Origin: Chlorokybus atmophyticus
Lineage: Eukaryota; Plantae; Mesostigma and Chlorokybus algae
Direction: 5' to 3'
DNA: 64,000 bases
Assembly (NCBI GenBank): GCA_009103225.1
Contig: RHPI01001921.1
Coordinates: 53,894 to 117,893, forward strand
Shown here: positions 38,035-50,521 of the stretch, piece by piece
Numbering within the stretch: the stretch's first letter is position 1
Layout of the letters: each line of letters starts with the position of its first letter
Notes under the pieces: model-generated
Database searches by the model: none
Told to the model about the DNA's origin: nothing
What the model saw: only the letters and a program-made list of their open reading frames with translations
Program-made: the position numbers and the translations under genes

Positions 38035-39690
38035 TTAACGAATGAGATATTCAGCTATAATGTCACGCTTGGTTTTGGCATTTATGGTGGCGTCAACACA
38101 CGGTAGTGGGGTGCTTGTCTGCCTTGTAAATTGAGCCTTCAGATGCAATGCGCAGCTCGCCATCTCTCAACTCGTAAGATCACAACTTCGTGGCGCTTCT
38201 CGTTGTGTACTTGAGTAATGTTATGTAGAACAGCGGTCGCAGCAATGATGCAACACGCGGTCTCAATCTTGGCGTTCATCTGCCAACGCATGGCAGTATC
38301 AATGTTCAGAATGCCATTAGCATGTTGGCAATGAGATCACAGCAAGTAGTGCATACCTTGTAGATCAGCACGCGCCATGTATACTTCCACAAGCCAATGA
38401 TTTACTCAATCGACATCCGCGTCGCCGAATGAACATAATTGTACAATTGCTGCTTTGCAGCCAAGTTGGCGCCATCATATGGTTTCATGGTTTTTGTGGT
38501 CAGACGGTACGCGGCGTCGCCAACCAGGTAACCCAACCCGGGCAGCTCAATCTCCAAAAGTTATTAACTTAAACCACTAAAGTTAAACACAGTAGAGTCA
38601 TGGTTGCACCCTGCACAGCCCATTGCAAACTAGTAATACACAACGTATCGTCACACGCCACCAAGCAGTTGGTTGAATAAAACTTCTTGTAGTTCCTGTA
38701 ACTCTCCTCAGTCTTTCGAACCTCCACATGCGTGCCGTCCACCGCACCTACACACCTCATCATACCGTTTGAATGGGTGGTGAAACCACGTCTGCAAAAG
38801 CGTGCTTGAATAAGCTTCACGTCTCACCTGCCAGCAGGTAGTAATCCGCTGGCTGGCCACACCGGGCCATGTGGAAAGCTAGCACAGACACACAACAGTC
38901 AGCATCAAGTTACAACACGCAATGCGCGCAGTCACCACTTGCATGCATGCGCACCCGCGCACACATGCCACTTTGTTAACAACCATACAAGCACGCAGGT
39001 ATGCTTGCTGTACATGATACATGCGAACACACACATTAGCGGGCACACACACAATTACAATCAGCTTATGCTTGCGTGCGCGCGTGTGCAGAAATGCGCA
39101 CACACATGCATGCACATACACATAGTCAGCATATGTACGCTCACACATGAAATATATATGAGACAGTCAGCACATACACCCACACACACAAATACAAACA
39201 TAGAGCACATGCACGCTCACAGATGCAGTCACATACACACGCACACATTGAAGCAGTCAGCACAGTCAGGCACACGCATGCGCATGCATGCATGCGAGTA
39301 TGCACACATATAAACACACTAAGCGCACTTACTTGATGTAAGTTGCCATCAAGTTCTTGACAATGGCTCCGCACACCACAGGTACTTCTGCACTGAGTGT
39401 ACTGATGCCAATCCCAAAGAGCTCGCTGATTACTGGGTAGTCCGTGGCAGTTGCCAAATAAAAAATGACAGCGGCTACTCGACGCTCTGATGTGATGGTC
39501 TTCCGCCACCGTGAATCATGTTGTTCTACATCCGCTCGAACGGCTTCACATACCAGCTTGAGTGCTGATCGTTCCAACCGAATATGCTTAACAAATCTAT
39601 CTTCAGTATACAACGGCACCCACACATCCTACCAATTCTTGTGCCTTGTTAAGTGGGGAAGGCGTGGTGCGGCGGGTAGCAAGGAACGGT
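38035..39690 (-). pseudogene. PIF/Harbinger DDE transposase (DDE_Tnp_4/HARBI1-like), decayed
   Basis: HTH exon (SERRVAAVIFYLATATDYPVISELFGIG); CVGAVDGTHV; NYKKFYS; HDSTVF; YLVGDAAY; YNYVHSATRMSIE*IIGLWKYTWR; LHNI. One frameshift and several stops. Confidence 0.9.
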
Positions 39691-41432
39691 GTTGTATTTG
39701 GTCGTGCTTTGTATTTGGTCGACCAAATACAAAGCATCGACGACCGCCCTGCTCCCCGCCGAGTAAATACAAGACCAAATACAATCAAGCGTTAAGGCCA
39801 CGCTGACCGCCGGTCAGCTGGCCGACAGTAGCGGCCTTTTTTTCAAACGCGACCGGACCGGTTGGTCGGCCGATAGTGGAGCTGTTTTTGTTTATTTTTT
39901 TCGGCTATTTGGTCGGACCAACGGCATATTCTTATCTAGTTTCTAGCCCTACATCGCGGGCCCTACACGGCGTGCCTTGACGTTTTCAAAGCTAGTCGAG
40001 GACCCTCTAATTAGAGGCTGCCTCCAATTAGATAGACTGTCTGATAATTAGATGAACCGCTAATACTTGCCTCAAACCCTAGATTAGTATTGTAGCAGCT
40101 GGTAATAACGGCGGCGTCGTGGAGGTGGCGTGGCCGCGTGGCGGCATAGATGTGAGGGAGAGAGGGAGAGAAGGAGGTAAAGAAGGGGTAAGGTTTCTTA
40201 AGGAGATAGGAGGGGTGTAGATCATAGTTCGGGGCTCAAGCTTGTGAGGGGCAAAGGCCAATGGCGCCTCCTCCTCCTTCATCAACGCCGCTATACCACC
40301 AACCAGCTCCTCCTTCCTCATCTGATCCGCCACACAATGTGGAACAAGGGCAACAAGGTGTGAACAAATGTAATAAGCCTTGCTAAAATGCTCACATTAC
40401 CACTACACCACCATTGTGACATCATGTGTGTGTGTTTGTGCGTGCGTGCGTGCGTGCGTGTAGAGCAAGGAGAGCAGGAGATAGAGGCCGGGCATCCAAT
40501 ATACGATAAAGCCCTTCAGCGAGTGAAGAAGCACCTTCCAATCGTGAAGCGCGATGCTTTCACAAAGGCTTGGTCTCTTTCAACGCCTCTTGACTCTACG
40601 GTGTGGCCTAACATTTGGCTGCCGCTTATAAACCCATTAATAACAATGTCGCGCAAGACGTGTTCACCGACAGCGTTCTACTCAAAAGGCGGGCATGTAA
40701 GTGCTTTGTTGATAACTCCGAGTGTGCACACCAACTTGCTTTATAGTGTGCTCACACACGCACATGCAAGCATGCACTTGCTCTGTATACTTGCATGCAT
40801 GTAACGATGCTCGTGCTCACATACACAGCACACAAGTCATACAACACATGTGTGCAGCTGAGCACAATCTTCACACCGGAACCTTGCCTTCACTCGCGCA
40901 CGCACGCGTCGAGCGCGCCCACGCACACGAACACTACTACTTCTCACGCTAAGCAAGAACGCAGCAGTGTGCCTTGGACCACAACTCCCTCAAGCATGCA
41001 CCAGCATACTCACAGCAGAGAGCAGAAAACAAAGTTGGTTGCATTACACAGGGTTTTTCTATTTATACAAGCACTAGGAAGAAATAGCCTAATTAACAGG
41101 CATTTCATTATTCACTACCAAATCTAAAGGCAGGTCCAAGTGCAGGCTCCCCGCCACGCGCGTTGGGCCTTCGGCGGCTGTGTGACTGTGCAGTCCGCGT
41201 CACCTGGCACTGCACAGCGCGTGTCCAGTCAGCGGCTGTGTCACAACCGCGTGGCAGGTGGGTCACGTCGCCGAATTAGCTGCTGTCGAGCAGGTCGCAG
41301 GCGAGTCGCGCGCGGCAGCAGGGGCAGGCGCCACATGGGCTTAATAAAGCTCATAAAAGCCCTCATCATGCCAGCAAAAAAGGCAAAATAAGTACTTTAT
41401 GTACAATACAATACAAAAAATGCCCCAGGCTG

Positions 41433-44400
41433 TTACACCCCTTCCCCCCCGGGGGAGCTTCGTCCTCGAAGCCGACGACTGCCTCCTCTGGCCTTGTAGT
41501 CTTGCAAGACCTGTTTGGCATTGGTAAAGCTCTCCTCGGGCTCGTATGTCGCCTCGTGCATTGGATAGCCACGCCACTTCACCAAATACTTGCGCACGCC
41601 TCGGATCAGCTTGTCCGTGACAATTGCTTCCACTTCCCACTCAGCCTCACCTTCACGAACCACATCTGGAGGCGGACGAGCTGGTGGCTCCCCTCGATAA
41701 CCTTTAAGAAGCGAGACATGAAAAACAGGGTGCACATGCATGGTATTGGGCAGCTCCAGCTTGTAGGCCACCTTCGAGATGACCTTGATCACTTTAAAGG
41801 GCCCAAACCATCGCTCACTCAGCTTGCGCACCCCCGTGACCAGCTGCACATGCTTGGTTGAAAGCATTACAAGGTCACCCTCCTCGAACACAACATCCTT
41901 GCGACGCGCATCGGCGTATTGCTTTTGCCGGTTTTGCGCCACAAGCAGAGCCTCTCGAGCTGCCTTGGTAATGTCGGCACACCTTTCAAGAAAGCCGTCC
42001 ACGGCCTCCACATCTGAACTTTGCATGCTAGGCACCCACGCCGTCAATGGCGTCAATGGATGTTGCCCATAGTTCATAAGGAAAGGTGTCACGCCCGTGC
42101 TTGCACTCTTGTGGTTGTTAATGGTGAACTCAATCAGCTCCAGCATGTCTCCCCAATTGTCTTGGCGGCTGTTCACATAGCACCGTAGCATGTCTTCGAT
42201 GACGCGGTTGGCGCGCTCCGTTTGGCCGTCCGTTTCAGGGTGGTACGCGGTGCTGAACTTCAAGCTCGTGCCTAGAGTTGCGTGGAGAGCTCTCCAAAAG
42301 TTGCCAGTAAACCGCGGGTCTCTATCACTGATAATGCTTCTTGGAAGGCCATGAGAGCGCACCACATGCTTGATGAACAACTTGGCAGCCTCGGGAGCTG
42401 TGCAAGTCTCCGTACATGGCGCCAATCGCACCATTTTGCTAGTCTTGTCCACAAACACCAAGATAGCATCATGCCCTTCACGTGTCCGTGGCAGCCCCGT
42501 GATGAAGTCAAGAGTAACTTGCTCCCACTTCGTCAAAGGTATCGGCAATGGTTGGAGCAGCCCACTGGCGCGTTGATTGCTCGCCTTCACCCTTTGACAA
42601 GTGTCGCACAATGCCACATAGTCCTTAACGTCACGATGCATCTCCGACCAGAAAAATTTCTGTTTCAACAAGGCTAGTGTCCGTTCCAGCCCTTGATGAC
42701 CAGCCATTGGCACATCATGCGCTTCCTTCATCAATGCCACGCGCATGTGCGCAATGTTGGGTATGTACATGCGATCGCCATGCCATAGCAGCCCGTCCTT
42801 CAATGCCCAAAGGCCGCTATGTTCAGTCCCATTCTCCAACGCCTCAATGGTCTTCTCCCCCACCGCGTCCTCATGCAATAAGGCACGGATCTGGTCAAGC
42901 CACTTGGGCTGCACTTGCACCACCGTTTCAAGCGCGTTGAGTTGACGGCTTAATGCGTCCGCAACCTTATTTGAAGAGCCCGGCTTGTACTTCACTTCAA
43001 AGTCGAAGAGTTGGAAGAACTCGAGCCAACGAGCTTGCCGCCGTGAGAGGTGAGGCTGCGTTTGAAGGTACCTTAATGGCGAGTGGTCCGTCTCAAGTGT
43101 GAACGGCTTGCCTTTAAGGAAACAACGCCATTGCCGTAGCGCTAGCACCTGCGCCAGCAATTCCTTCTCATGAACGGGGTAGTTGAGCTCAGCCCCGCTC
43201 ATTTTCTTGCTGAAATAGGCCACCGGTTGCAAGCCGTTGCCGTGATCCTGCTGCAAAACAGCCCCAATAGCCTTGTCGGACGCATCACACGCCACCACAA
43301 AGGGCAATTGCATGTTGGGATGCAGCAGCACGGGAGCCGATGTCAGGGCCTCTTTCAAGTCGGAAAATGCCTTTGTTGCAGCCTCCGACCAGCTCCAAGC
43401 CACCCCCTTCCTCAACAATGCCGTCAATGGTGCCGCCAAGTGCGAAAAGCCCTTTACAAACTTACGATAGTAGCCGGCAAGCCCTAGGAACGACATGACA
43501 CCCTTCACGTCCTTCGGGGCAGCCCAATCGCGCACCGCGGCAAGCTTGCTTGGATCTGCCTTAATTCCTTGCTTGGATACAATGTGGCCAAGGTATTCTA
43601 CCTCTTCAAGCAAGAAGCGGCACTTGTTGAGTTGAGCAAACAACTTGTGTGTACGTAAACGCTGCATCACCTCGTGTAGCAATGCCACGTGCTCTCTCTT
43701 GCTCTTTGTGTACACAAGGATGTCGTCGAGGTACACTAGCACGCCCTTGCCAATCAGATCAGCAAAGACCTCATTCATCAAGGTTTGAAAGGTTGCCGGA
43801 GCATTTGTCATGCCAAAGGACATCACCAACCACTCATAGTGGCCATAGCGAGTGTTGAAAGCCGTCTTCTCAACGTCTTCGGGCGCAACACGGATCTGAT
43901 GGTAGCCACCAGCTAGGTCCAAGCTTGAGAAGAACTCAGCACCCTCGAGCTGCTCCAACAACTCATCAATGCGTGGCAAAGGGAACACATTCTTCTTGGT
44001 GATGTTGTTGAGTGGCCGATAGTCGATGCACATGCGCAAGGCTCCGCTCTTCTTACGTACAAATAGGATAGGTGCACCGTAAGGAGACTTGCTGTGCCTG
44101 ATGTACCCACGTTGTAGAAGGTCCTCGACTTGGCTCCTCGCCTCTTCGAGTTCAGCCGGAGACAACTTGTACACCGGTCGGTACGGCGGCTTGTGCACGC
44201 CCTCTATCAGTTCCACACGGTGATCAACACTTCGCGTGGGTGGCTGACCAGCTGGTATACCATCCACCATGACGTCTTTAAACTCTTCAAGCAACCTCTG
44301 CACCTCGGGGTCCTTCGAACTCTCCGAACCAGTGCCGACCAGCTCCAAGTCCGACTTGGGAGGTGTCTCACGCACCATGCACAGCCATGCATCCTTCACA

Positions 44401-45119
44401 TTGTTCCCGGACCAGATCTGCTCCATCTTGGTCTTAGAAACTTGTGACACCAGCTCTGGAACCCCTCCCCTTGAGCTAGAAGCATGTTGTGGTGCAGCTT
44501 GCTGGCGCGCCGTCGTGTCGTGCGCGTCACGCGCATGCAGCACATTGCTAGCAGCCTCGACGCAGCTCACACGCTCTTGAACCACACACGCGCCTTGCAT
44601 TGAAGCATTGAAGCACATCAAAACCTCACCACCAGCTTCCGGGGTAGTGAGCACCCGCTTCCTCCAATCAATGGCGGGGTTATGTGACCAAAGCCAAGGC
44701 AGCCCCAAAATGCCATCACAACCATTGTTCAGCTCGATGCAGCAAAACCGTAGGCGATCCTTCATCATCCCCACGTGCATCTCAAGCTCTTTGCTTTGCT
44801 TGGAAGCTCCTCCTGCTGGCGCATAGCTGTCTGCTAGAGCCACCGAGCCGGCATTTGCCCATGACAACCACTTGTGCCGACGCGCAACCTCACGACTCAT
44901 GAAATTGCTGTTCGCGCCGCAATCCATCAGCATCTTGCACTTCATCCATGGCCCATTGCCCTCACGGATCAGAGCCATGACTCCCAACAGCTGCCTCGCC
45001 TTGTCGGGCACTCCAACCATACCGCTTTGCGTTGCCGTTGCGCACATGCCGCCAACCGTCAACAACGCTTCCACGCCAGCCGCTGGACCTTCAACATCAT
45101 AGTGAGGCTGCATCACCAC
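41433..45119 (-). CDS. pol: Chromovirus Pol (protease, RT, RNase H, integrase, chromodomain), 1228 aa, open
   Basis: LMDCGAN; RMCIDYR, LVYLDDIL; CDASDKAIGAVL; HDVPMAGH..CDTCQ; LDFITGLP, YHPETDGQTER; chromodomain WEVEAIV...YLVKWRGY. Confidence 0.97.
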   Translation of the reverse strand: MVMQPHYDVEGPAAGVEALLTVGGMCATATQSGMVGVPDKARQLLGVMALIREGNGPWMKCKMLMDCGANSNFMSREVARRHKWLSWANAGSVALADSYAPAGGASKQSKELEMHVGMMKDRLRFCCIELNNGCDGILGLPWLWSHNPAIDWRKRVLTTPEAGGEVLMCFNASMQGACVVQERVSCVEAASNVLHARDAHDTTARQQAAPQHASSSRGGVPELVSQVSKTKMEQIWSGNNVKDAWLCMVRETPPKSDLELVGTGSESSKDPEVQRLLEEFKDVMVDGIPAGQPPTRSVDHRVELIEGVHKPPYRPVYKLSPAELEEARSQVEDLLQRGYIRHSKSPYGAPILFVRKKSGALRMCIDYRPLNNITKKNVFPLPRIDELLEQLEGAEFFSSLDLAGGYHQIRVAPEDVEKTAFNTRYGHYEWLVMSFGMTNAPATFQTLMNEVFADLIGKGVLVYLDDILVYTKSKREHVALLHEVMQRLRTHKLFAQLNKCRFLLEEVEYLGHIVSKQGIKADPSKLAAVRDWAAPKDVKGVMSFLGLAGYYRKFVKGFSHLAAPLTALLRKGVAWSWSEAATKAFSDLKEALTSAPVLLHPNMQLPFVVACDASDKAIGAVLQQDHGNGLQPVAYFSKKMSGAELNYPVHEKELLAQVLALRQWRCFLKGKPFTLETDHSPLRYLQTQPHLSRRQARWLEFFQLFDFEVKYKPGSSNKVADALSRQLNALETVVQVQPKWLDQIRALLHEDAVGEKTIEALENGTEHSGLWALKDGLLWHGDRMYIPNIAHMRVALMKEAHDVPMAGHQGLERTLALLKQKFFWSEMHRDVKDYVALCDTCQRVKASNQRASGLLQPLPIPLTKWEQVTLDFITGLPRTREGHDAILVFVDKTSKMVRLAPCTETCTAPEAAKLFIKHVVRSHGLPRSIISDRDPRFTGNFWRALHATLGTSLKFSTAYHPETDGQTERANRVIEDMLRCYVNSRQDNWGDMLELIEFTINNHKSASTGVTPFLMNYGQHPLTPLTAWVPSMQSSDVEAVDGFLERCADITKAAREALLVAQNRQKQYADARRKDVVFEEGDLVMLSTKHVQLVTGVRKLSERWFGPFKVIKVISKVAYKLELPNTMHVHPVFHVSLLKGYRGEPPARPPPDVVREGEAEWEVEAIVTDKLIRGVRKYLVKWRGYPMHEATYEPEESFTNAKQVLQDYKARGGSRRLRGRSSPGGEGV

Positions 45120-45139
45120 CTCAGCAGAAGCCTCTCCAG

Positions 45140-46013
45140 CTACTGAGGTGAGCCGTTTCCCGGCTGCAACATCTCCTCCTCCACCATGTTCACGCGTCCA
45201 CCGCTGCGAGCGTTGCGGGCATGTGCAGAAGACTTTGCCTTATAGATAGGGCAATTGGAGCGCACGTGATCAGCAGAAGAGCACTCCCAGCACTTCCGAA
45301 CAGCCTTGGCAGCCTCCCGACCCTTTGGGGCCTTCATAGCAACATGGAGCGCACCCAATTCCATTGGAGTTGGTCCCAAGCCAGCCCCCTGAGCTGCTGC
45401 AGCTCCCGAACCAGCCCCAACAGATGCGTATGAGCGATACGAACCTCCACGGAAGTGATTGTAATGTCCGTGATCAGTGTTTTTGGCAGCCCCCTTGAAG
45501 TACAACACGTCCGTGCGCTCAGCAATGCGAATGGCCTCCGCGAGAGTCTTGGCGTCACGAAGCTCAACTTCCTTGCGACAAAGAGTCTTCAACCCGCGCG
45601 TGTAGCGGTCCAGCTGCTCCTCCTCAGTCATGTTCGGTACAGAGAGCACAAGACGCTGAAACGCAGAGGTATAGGCCATCACGGACTGCGTTTGCACAAG
45701 CGTAGAGAGCTGGTCGCGTGCCGTCTTCACACTCTCCACCGGTACGAACTGTTTCTTCACCTCAGCAGCCAGCTCAGCCACGGTAGTGAAAGGAACCTCA
45801 AGACCAGCTTCCACACGAGCACAACGATGACGCCACCACACAAGTGCAGCTCCCTCAAAGAAAGTAGCAGCCACATCGACACGGAGATGTATAGGTACCT
45901 CGGTGAGCTTTAACCATGTCGAAACGGCAAACACCCATTCCTCCACACAGTCACCGTCCCTCTGACCCTTGAATGGCTTTGGCTTTGGTAGCTTCACATG
46001 ACGAGAGGCTGAT
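45140..46013 (-). CDS. gag: Chromovirus Gag, 5' end cut off by the nested LTR
   Basis: Retrotransposon gag (PKPFKG, QLSTLVQTQSVMAY), PTPMELG and CWECSSADHVRSNC knuckle. Homology to copy 1 stops at 46013. Confidence 0.92.
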
Positions 46014-46433
46014 TGTAACAGTCAAGGCCAAATTCTGTGATTTTCATGGCCGTTTTAGGCCTTATTTGTAAGGTACATGTTGTTAATGACTTGTGGCGGA
46101 TATCGGCGAGTTATGAGTCTGCCGCGGATATCGACCGGGGCCCCAAGACCAGTCCGGAAGGTGCCAGAAAACGGAGGGCCAGTCGAGAAGGGCTCGACCA
46201 GATTTCTGGAAGGGCCTGGCGCCAAGTAGTATAACTTGACCATATGAGCAGCAAATTAGGAGATCTTTGGTGCGTTGGAAAGGTCTAGAAGTGTACTACA
46301 AGATTCTGCAAGAGTATCTTAGCTTCTAGTTCCGTCTAGCGCTAGAATCGTCTAGACAGTAGCATGTGCAGACTGGTAGGTATAAAAGTGACATTCTACA
46401 ACTTGCAATACAACCTTTAGCTCCCTAGTTTCT
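46014..46433 (+). mobile_element. LTR of a different retrotransposon nested in gypsy copy 2 (runs into the gap)
   Basis: Starts TGTAACA exactly where gag homology ends; TATAAAA at 46381-46387; unrelated to the host LTR after the first bases. Confidence 0.72.
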
Positions 46434-49400
46434 NNNNNNNNNNNNNNNNNNNNNNNNNNNNNNNNNNNNNNNNNNNNNNNNNNNNNNNNNNNNNNNNNNN
46501 NNNNNNNNNNNNNNNNNNNNNNNNNNNNNNNNNNNNNNNNNNNNNNNNNNNNNNNNNNNNNNNNNNNNNNNNNNNNNNNNNNNNNNNNNNNNNNNNNNNN
46601 NNNNNNNNNNNNNNNNNNNNNNNNNNNNNNNNNNNNNNNNNNNNNNNNNNNNNNNNNNNNNNNNNNNNNNNNNNNNNNNNNNNNNNNNNNNNNNNNNNNN
46701 NNNNNNNNNNNNNNNNNNNNNNNNNNNNNNNNNNNNNNNNNNNNNNNNNNNNNNNNNNNNNNNNNNNNNNNNNNNNNNNNNNNNNNNNNNNNNNNNNNNN
46801 NNNNNNNNNNNNNNNNNNNNNNNNNNNNNNNNNNNNNNNNNNNNNNNNNNNNNNNNNNNNNNNNNNNNNNNNNNNNNNNNNNNNNNNNNNNNNNNNNNNN
46901 NNNNNNNNNNNNNNNNNNNNNNNNNNNNNNNNNNNNNNNNNNNNNNNNNNNNNNNNNNNNNNNNNNNNNNNNNNNNNNNNNNNNNNNNNNNNNNNNNNNN
47001 NNNNNNNNNNNNNNNNNNNNNNNNNNNNNNNNNNNNNNNNNNNNNNNNNNNNNNNNNNNNNNNNNNNNNNNNNNNNNNNNNNNNNNNNNNNNNNNNNNNN
47101 NNNNNNNNNNNNNNNNNNNNNNNNNNNNNNNNNNNNNNNNNNNNNCGCGCCCACGCACACGAACACTACTACTTCTCACGCCAAGCAAGAACGCAGCAGT
47201 GTGCCTTGGACCACAACTCCCTCAAGCATGCACCAGCATACTCACAGCAGAGAGCAGAAAACAAAGTTGGTTGCATTACACAGGGTTTTTCTATTTATAC
47301 AAGCACTAGGAAGAAATAGCCTAATTAACAGGCATTTCATTATTCACTACCAAATCTAAAGGCAGGTCCAAGTGCAGGCTCCCCGCCACGCGCGTTGGGC
47401 CTTCGGCGGCTGTGTGACTGTGCAGTCCGCGTCACCTGGCACTGCACAGCGCGTGTCCAGTCAGCGGCTGTGTCACAACCGCGTGGCAGGTGGGTCACGT
47501 CGCCGAATTAGCTGCTGTCGAGCAGGTCGCAGGCGAGTCGCGCGCGGCAGCAGGGGCAGGCGCCACATGGGCTTAATAAAGCTCATAAAAGCCCTCATCA
47601 AGCCAGCAAAAAAGGCAAAATAAGTACTTTATGTACAATACAATACAAAAAATGCCCCAGGCTGTTACAATGCATATGAGCTTGTTCAAAAGTTGTTTGA
47701 TGCTGTATAGGTGACTTATTGGGCGCCGTACATATTCTTCAATGATTTTGTGAAGAGTTACTTGTGCCCGTGTTGCAAGAAGGATTTAATGACATCGGAT
47801 GGATGGTACAAGCGCATGCGAAAGATCACTGCAGTCAATGGCAATGATTGGTTGTTTGGCATGTGTCTTCGATGCAAGAAATGCAAAGGTATGTATCATT
47901 AATAAGTCAACTGTGTTGGTAGCCATTAGTTGCCTGCATGTAACATTGTTCTTTTATTCGGGTGCAGGCAACAATGATCGAGACTTCACGTGCTTCGCAT
48001 ATAATGAGCGCATCGTGAGGCAATTGCCATCCTTCGTGCAAGAGGAACACAATATTGTCTTAACACATCGCGCGGGAATGGACGAGGCCGTTTATGACCA
48101 CATCTCGCGAGCTGTCGTGGCCGGGCAATCCGCTTCCGAGATTGGAGATCAATTGAAAGAGAGCCATTACACCGCATACACAAAGGTGAACTACTACTCG
48201 CTACTTATGGGTTTTCATATACATGAGCACTCATATACGATACTTGAGTTGACATGTATGGCTCGCACACTTTTTGTGGGAAGCTACAGGCGCTTTTGGC
48301 ATACTCAGAGGTTTGGGAGCATCTCCATCAAGCCAGTGCTGGTTTCGCAGCGTACCGCTCTACCATACCCGCTCCAGCACCGCTCCAGCACCATGGCACT
48401 TTTTAAAACCCGAAAGGCTATAGGGGTTATGTGCCTAGCGGAGATTATCTACTTGCTGCATATGTTAAAAATAGTCAAGAACGCCAAGCGTGGCAACAAG
48501 CTAAGATGGTGAGGTTGGGAGGGGAGATTCTTGCTGTCGACCACAGCTTCAAGTTGCCCAAGTTCATCAGGCATCATGGTGAGAAGGTTGCCGAACACGC
48601 CAAGATGGTGCGGTTTTTACAGTGTACAATGAAGCAAAGCAAGTAAGTTTCATTTGTCATATCTCCCCCTCCCCTCCCCCCCTCCNCACCCCGCCATCCA
48701 CCCCGCCTCTCCGCCCTTCCACGCATGAGAATTGCTGGATATACTTGGTTTTCTTTGTGGATGTGCAGGTGATCGGGTGGTACTTTGCGACATCATCCGC
48801 GATGTCTGAAGTTGCATCATCGCTGCGTAAGATAGTACACCGAGATTTTTTAAACAAAGAACAACCGGGTACACACTTGCATACTGGTGCAAGATCACTG
48901 TGCGTGTTAACATTGGTAGCACATGTGACTCACATATGTGTTTGTGTTTAGCCGTTACGTGTGGTGTATTGCGACAACACTGCCAACATGGAAGAGATCC
49001 TTCGTCGTGCTTTTGGGAGTGCAAGTTTGGTTGTGAAAGAGGACCCTTGGCATTGTATGGACCGTTATGCGCGTCTAATTCCGGACTCAAGCCCATTGAA
49101 AGGTGTCGCGCATAATTGTTTATTATGTTATTGCATTATATCCTTAACAACTTGGGGTGCTATTTATGCAGCGCGTTTTTTGGGTGAGTTGAGTCAAGCC
49201 ATGTTTGAGCCGGACAAAGAAAAATAGCAAGCTTTGCGAGAGTGGTTGTTGAATGTGGCAAAAAAGACGCCTGAGCAGGTGCAACTGCATTAAGTGTGTG
49301 CAAAGGGGGAGAAGGATCTNNNNNNNNGGGGGGGGGCACGTGCACTCTATCATTACATATAACTATTCCCTCAGGTTGGTAAGTTGCCGCGACACTACTG

Positions 49401-49578
49401 GCGGCGGCGTGTGCCGCACGTCATATCGTCAACACATTCTCGACACGCATTCAAGATATGATGGCCACATGGCAACGCGCTATAGAGCCCGATAAGCAAG
49501 AGCCATTTTTGAATGAGGCGCTGGCGGCATTGCATGACCGTCAAATGAGCCTTGTGTGGCTGGACAAGTTGAGCGGTG

Positions 49579-49638
<60 letters not shown>

Positions 49639-50309
49639 CTTTCTCTCTGTGCACATGTGTGTGTGTTTGACAGTTATGGTTGTATCAGATCCTGAGGGAG
49701 TGCGCTTGTACTTTAACATCAACAAAGAGGGCAATCAGCCGCGCTACATGTGTGCAAGGGGAACTTCCCCGTTGGAGGGATTTCATAGGTTGCTGCGAGG
49801 CAGCATGCAAGGAACCAACACATCAGCTGCATTGGCTGCACTCATCGTGACGGATTACAGTGACCGTCACAACACACGTAGCGGTATTCGCAACCTGGGT
49901 AATGTGGACTACGGCACTTATGACCATCGCCTCGTGCAAGTAAGTACTTCAATTGTAACACAATATACAACCAATCGAATGTGTCGTTGTCGGTTGCCGC
50001 TATTGCCTTGTGTTAACATTACCACTTGTCATGTCTGGCAACAGAAGGTGCACATGTTATATGACAAACAAGGCTAGAGAAATCCATTTCCGCAATGGGA
50101 GGTCATTACATCATTGGAGATTGATGAGCGATTAGGCATGGACCATGCTCCACCTGTTATGGAACAACTCTTTCAAGCGCTTAAAGAACGAGATGCTTCA
50201 GGAGAAGCACGAGTGGAGGGTAAAGAGTGGGTGACGCACATTCTAGACGATGAGGTGCAAGTGCACACATGATTGCTCCTCCCCGTTCACCATTGTTGCG
50301 CACATGCAT

Positions 50310-50348
<39 letters not shown>

Positions 50349-50521
50349 ACTCGCACTGCGTACACAAACAGATGCATAACAGCATGATGCACGCACGCAC
50401 GCATGCGCACATGCACGCACATGCACGCACGCCAGCCCGCCTCGCATGCGCATGCACACGTTCAAGCATGCACGCACATGCGCAGGCAGGGATGCGTGCA
50501 CACACGTACATGTATTTGCAG

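Larger units (their letters stand above)
40800..47669 (-). mobile_element. Ty3/gypsy chromovirus, copy 2 (young, with a nested insertion in gag)
   Basis: 3' LTR 40800-41437. The visible 5' LTR (47146-47669) differs from it at only about 2 positions seen. TSD ATGCA at 40795-40799 and 47670-47674. Confidence 0.96.
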
